From the UHGV virus genome UHGV-0097968: DNA of 47,717 nt; one strand, 5' to 3'. Position numbers and translations under genes: made by a program. How positions within the stretch are numbered: the first letter of the stretch is position 1; the number at the start of each line of letters is the position of its first letter. Source of the stretch: a virus. The notes under the pieces are model-generated. The model made no database searches and was not told the origin of the DNA. It saw nothing but the letters and a program-made list of their open reading frames with translations. Positions 44,977 to 47,717 of this stretch are shown here, one piece after another.

Positions 44977-45187
44977 GATTACATATACGACGCGGGACGG
45001 GGACCGTCTCGATCAAATCTGCCTCGCGGTCTACGGGAGAGCGTCAAAAACGACAGAGACTGTTTTATATCAGGTTTCGAATTACGGCGTAACTGATATG
45101 TATACCGTGTTTCGTGCTGGAGAAAAAATTGTTTTACCAGATATTGAACCAGAACCGGTTAAAAAAGAAACGCAATTATGGGATTGA
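44975..45187 (+). CDS. Tail protein X (P2 gpX-like)
   Basis: 70 aa; MITYTTRDGDRLDQICLAVYG N-terminus typical of tail protein X by recollection. Confidence 0.7.
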   Translation: MITYTTRDGDRLDQICLAVYGRASKTTETVLYQVSNYGVTDMYTVFRAGEKIVLPDIEPEPVKKETQLWD

Positions 45188-45190
45188 TGA

Positions 45191-46234
45191 ATGAGTGATT
45201 ACGTAAATACTGGCGTGGAAGCATGGAAGCCCAATTTTTATATATCTGCTGATAATGAAAACATCACGGAAAAAATAAGAAAAGGTTTGATCAATATCAC
45301 GCTCACAGATTATGGCGGTTCGAGTAAACAGACAGACGAATTACGCGTAGCTATCGTTTCTGAAACACTGAAAATTCCGGCCCGTGGTGTGAAAATCAGT
45401 CTTGGGCTCGGTTTCGGTAATCAGATAATTGATAAAGGTATATACATCGTTGATGGTGCGAGCAGTGGCGGGGAACCCCGGGTAGTTGATTTCACAGCAA
45501 AAGCGGCTCCGATGAACGCGTCAAAAGGCGCTCCGACAGTTCAGAGCAAAAAAACTCGCTCCTGGAGCGACGTCACTGTCAGCAATATCGTTGCGACAAT
45601 AGCGAGCGATAACGGGCTTAAACCTCGCGTATCAAAGCGGTTTGCAGACAACATTATCACGCAGCTCGATCAAGTCGGTGAGTCAGATATGCACCTGATG
45701 TCGAGACTAGCAACACGATTCGATGCGGTGAGCAAACCCGCAGGAGGGTACTGGATATTCCTGCCGCGCGGCGCGGGCGAATCAGTTAGCGGTGCTCCGC
45801 TCCAGCACTACACGCTAACTCGTCGTGATAACTCCAGCTGGGGCTATTCGAGAAATGGACAAAGCGGTGATAGTGGCGGTGGTGGCGAAAATCCGGAGCC
45901 GACGTATCTGATTAAATATCACGACACAGCAACTGGGCAGATCAAAGAATTGCGGACAGGTAGTGGCGGCGATCCTGTCATTGAATGGCCGGCAGTTGAG
46001 CCGTCGCTCGACGCAGCGAAAGAAGCTGCACCAGGGCTCAAGGGCGGTGCAGCTAAAAAAGAGTTCTCTATGACGTACACGACGCCAGCGACGCTCGATT
46101 TAGTGTCGCTGACAGCAGAATGCAAAGTCACAACTCAAGGATTCGGGACCGAGGAGGACCGGGACTGGACTATCAACACGCTGAGCCTGACGCTTGCTGA
46201 AAACGGCTTTTCGGTTCGACTGTCTCTGGAGTAA
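45191..46234 (+). CDS. Tail protein D / late control D-like
   Basis: 347-aa ORF at gpD position after U and X. Confidence 0.8.
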   Translation: MSDYVNTGVEAWKPNFYISADNENITEKIRKGLINITLTDYGGSSKQTDELRVAIVSETLKIPARGVKISLGLGFGNQIIDKGIYIVDGASSGGEPRVVDFTAKAAPMNASKGAPTVQSKKTRSWSDVTVSNIVATIASDNGLKPRVSKRFADNIITQLDQVGESDMHLMSRLATRFDAVSKPAGGYWIFLPRGAGESVSGAPLQHYTLTRRDNSSWGYSRNGQSGDSGGGGENPEPTYLIKYHDTATGQIKELRTGSGGDPVIEWPAVEPSLDAAKEAAPGLKGGAAKKEFSMTYTTPATLDLVSLTAECKVTTQGFGTEEDRDWTINTLSLTLAENGFSVRLSLE

Positions 46235-46400
46235 ATTGGCTCGGCGAGCCGGTGGCGGGTATGAATTTAGTATTAACGACTGTCGACTGCAAACGGCACC
46301 TGCGATATTTTTAGGCGTAAGCCGGAGAACGAAGAGTCTCTGGTGCTGAACGTTGTTATCGTTAGATCCTGACATTTTTTAATATTGGGAGTTTTCAAAC

Positions 46401-46820
46401 ATGGTCGTTAAAAATGCTCTTGCCTGTGGGATTATGCTTGCTCTTGTCGGTTGTGCTACAAAACCTGTCTCAAATGAACAAGCCACTCCTGTTCCTGAAA
46501 AACAAATTATCAGCACCGCGTTACTCGAAAAACGAGACGGTACGGGAGAGGTGATCATCAAGCGTGACTCGGGTTTCTTTGGAAGCGCGTGCTTTTCCCG
46601 TGTTTATGTTGATGGTAAAGAGGTGGCAGATTTAGGTACAGCTCAGAAAGTCGTTGTATACCCAACGATTGGTGATCATGTCTTCAGCGCGTGGCCTAAA
46701 GGGGTATGTGGCGGTGGTATGAGTGAGCAGGCGGGCAAGGTGACAACAGATCGTACTTTGATGTATCGCATAGGGTATGGATCAAACGGTGAATATGGCA
46801 TTCACCCAACTGCGTTTTAA
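46401..46820 (+). CDS. Lipoprotein of unknown function at prophage right end (candidate lysogenic-conversion cargo)
   Basis: 139 aa; signal peptide with lipobox LVGC; located between last tail gene and attR with its own terminator. Confidence 0.7.
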   Translation: MVVKNALACGIMLALVGCATKPVSNEQATPVPEKQIISTALLEKRDGTGEVIIKRDSGFFGSACFSRVYVDGKEVADLGTAQKVVVYPTIGDHVFSAWPKGVCGGGMSEQAGKVTTDRTLMYRIGYGSNGEYGIHPTAF

Positions 46821-46828
46821 TTTGTGTT

Positions 46829-46860
46829 GGGGTATGTGAGTTTTTCTCATACCCCTTTAC
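46829..46860 (+). terminator. Terminator-like hairpin after the right-end lipoprotein gene
   Basis: 8-bp stem GGGGTATG/CATACCCC with T-rich tail. Confidence 0.45.
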
Positions 46861-47041
46861 CTCACTTTGCTCCTGACTGTTTGGTCACATCAAGGCGCAA
46901 AACATCACCATTTTTTGCCAAAAACCTTCAGAAGATGATGAGTAAGACGTGTCATAACTATATGATTATTTGATATTCACACGCACCATTATGTCCGGAT
47001 AATTTACCATAATCATTTGAATTTATTGCACAAAACGAACA

Positions 47042-47166
47042 ATTTAAAATCCCTCGGCGTTCGCGCTGTGCGGGTTCAAGTCCCGCTCCGGGTACCATGG
47101 GAAAGATAAGAATAAAATCAAAGCAATAAGCAGTGTCGTGAAACCACCTTCGGGTGGTTTTTTTGT
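47042..47166. repeat. attR: right copy of the 125-bp direct repeat (3' fragment of tRNA-Leu plus terminator)
   Basis: Identical by eye to 399-523; contains only the 3' 56 nt of the tRNA (47042-47097) plus the terminator hairpin. Confidence 0.85.
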
Positions 47167-47292
47167 GCCTGCAACTTGTCGTTACACCCTCCTTAATTTT
47201 TAATCACCAGCAAAGCCACTCAAAAAGTATCTCTGATACGGACCGGCATGTAAGATAGGTGCTGGCGAGTTGAGATCCACAAGGAAAATCGT

Positions 47293-47717
47293 ATGAAAAC
47301 GGGACCGTTAAACGAAAGTGAGTTGGAATGGCTGGACGATATTCTGACCAAATACAACACTGACCACGCCATCCTTGATGTGGCGGAGCTGGACGGTTTA
47401 TTGACGGCGGTGTTGAGTTCTCCGCAAGAGATTGAACCGGAACAGTGGCTGGTTGCCGTGTGGGGTGGGGCTGACTATGTGCCGCGCTGGGCGTCAGAGA
47501 AAGAGATGACGCGCTTTATGAATCTGGCTTTTCAACATATGGCCGATACCGCAGAGCGTCTGAACGAATTCCCGGAGCAGTTTGAGCCGTTATTCGGCTT
47601 GCGAGAAGTTGATGGCAGCGAGCTGACGATTGTTGAGGAGTGGTGCTTTGGCTATATGCGGGGCGTGGCACTTTCTGACTGGTCAACGTTGCCCGATTCG
47701 TTAAAACCAGCGCTGGA
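47293..47717 (+). CDS. yecA: YecA-like protein (UPF0149 family), host gene, 3'-truncated by window end
   Basis: ORF begins MKTGPLNESELEWLDDILTKYNTDHAILDV with AAGGAAAA RBS; runs off the window; known neighbour of leuZ in E. coli by recollection. Confidence 0.75.
   Translation, partial: MKTGPLNESELEWLDDILTKYNTDHAILDVAELDGLLTAVLSSPQEIEPEQWLVAVWGGADYVPRWASEKEMTRFMNLAFQHMADTAERLNEFPEQFEPLFGLREVDGSELTIVEEWCFGYMRGVALSDWSTLPDSLKPAL

Larger units (their letters stand above)
399..47166. mobile_element. Integrated temperate prophage (lambda-like early region and head, P2-like contractile tail), about 46.8 kb, inserted in tRNA-Leu 3' end
   Basis: Bounded by identical 125-bp direct repeats; integrase adjacent to attL; full complement of phage regulatory, replication, lysis, packaging, head and tail genes between the repeats. 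Confidence 0.9.

Overview
This window is almost entirely one integrated temperate prophage of about 46.8 kb, inserted at the 3' end of a tRNA-Leu(UAA) gene in a glyW-cysT-leuZ-like tRNA operon and bounded by a 125-bp direct repeat (attL 399-523, attR 47042-47166); the flanking host gene on the right looks like yecA, suggesting an E. coli-like Enterobacteriaceae chromosome. Nothing here was searched or computed: all calls come from reading the sequence and the supplied ORF track, and family assignments rest on remembered motifs. Left to right the prophage carries a minus-strand integrase/excisionase/recombination module, a roughly 900-bp non-coding leader, an HTH-only cI-like repressor divergent from a Cro-like gene, a replication module (O-like initiator with internal iterons, DnaB-type helicase), an AT-rich accessory region of about 10 kb, a nin/Q-like region, a lysis cassette, lambda-like cos/terminase and head genes, and a P2-like contractile tail module. 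The most interesting content is in the accessory region: a LexA-box-controlled colicin E1-family pore-forming toxin with a convergent ImmE1-like immunity gene and no lysis gene; a candidate small RNA upstream of an antirepressor; a segment flanked by 77-bp imperfect direct repeats that holds a T5orf172 (GIY-YIG-like) protein and an ImmA/IrrE-type metallopeptidase paired with a membrane protein; and a second SOS box in front of a 59-codon ORF. No CRISPR array, rRNA or IS element was seen.
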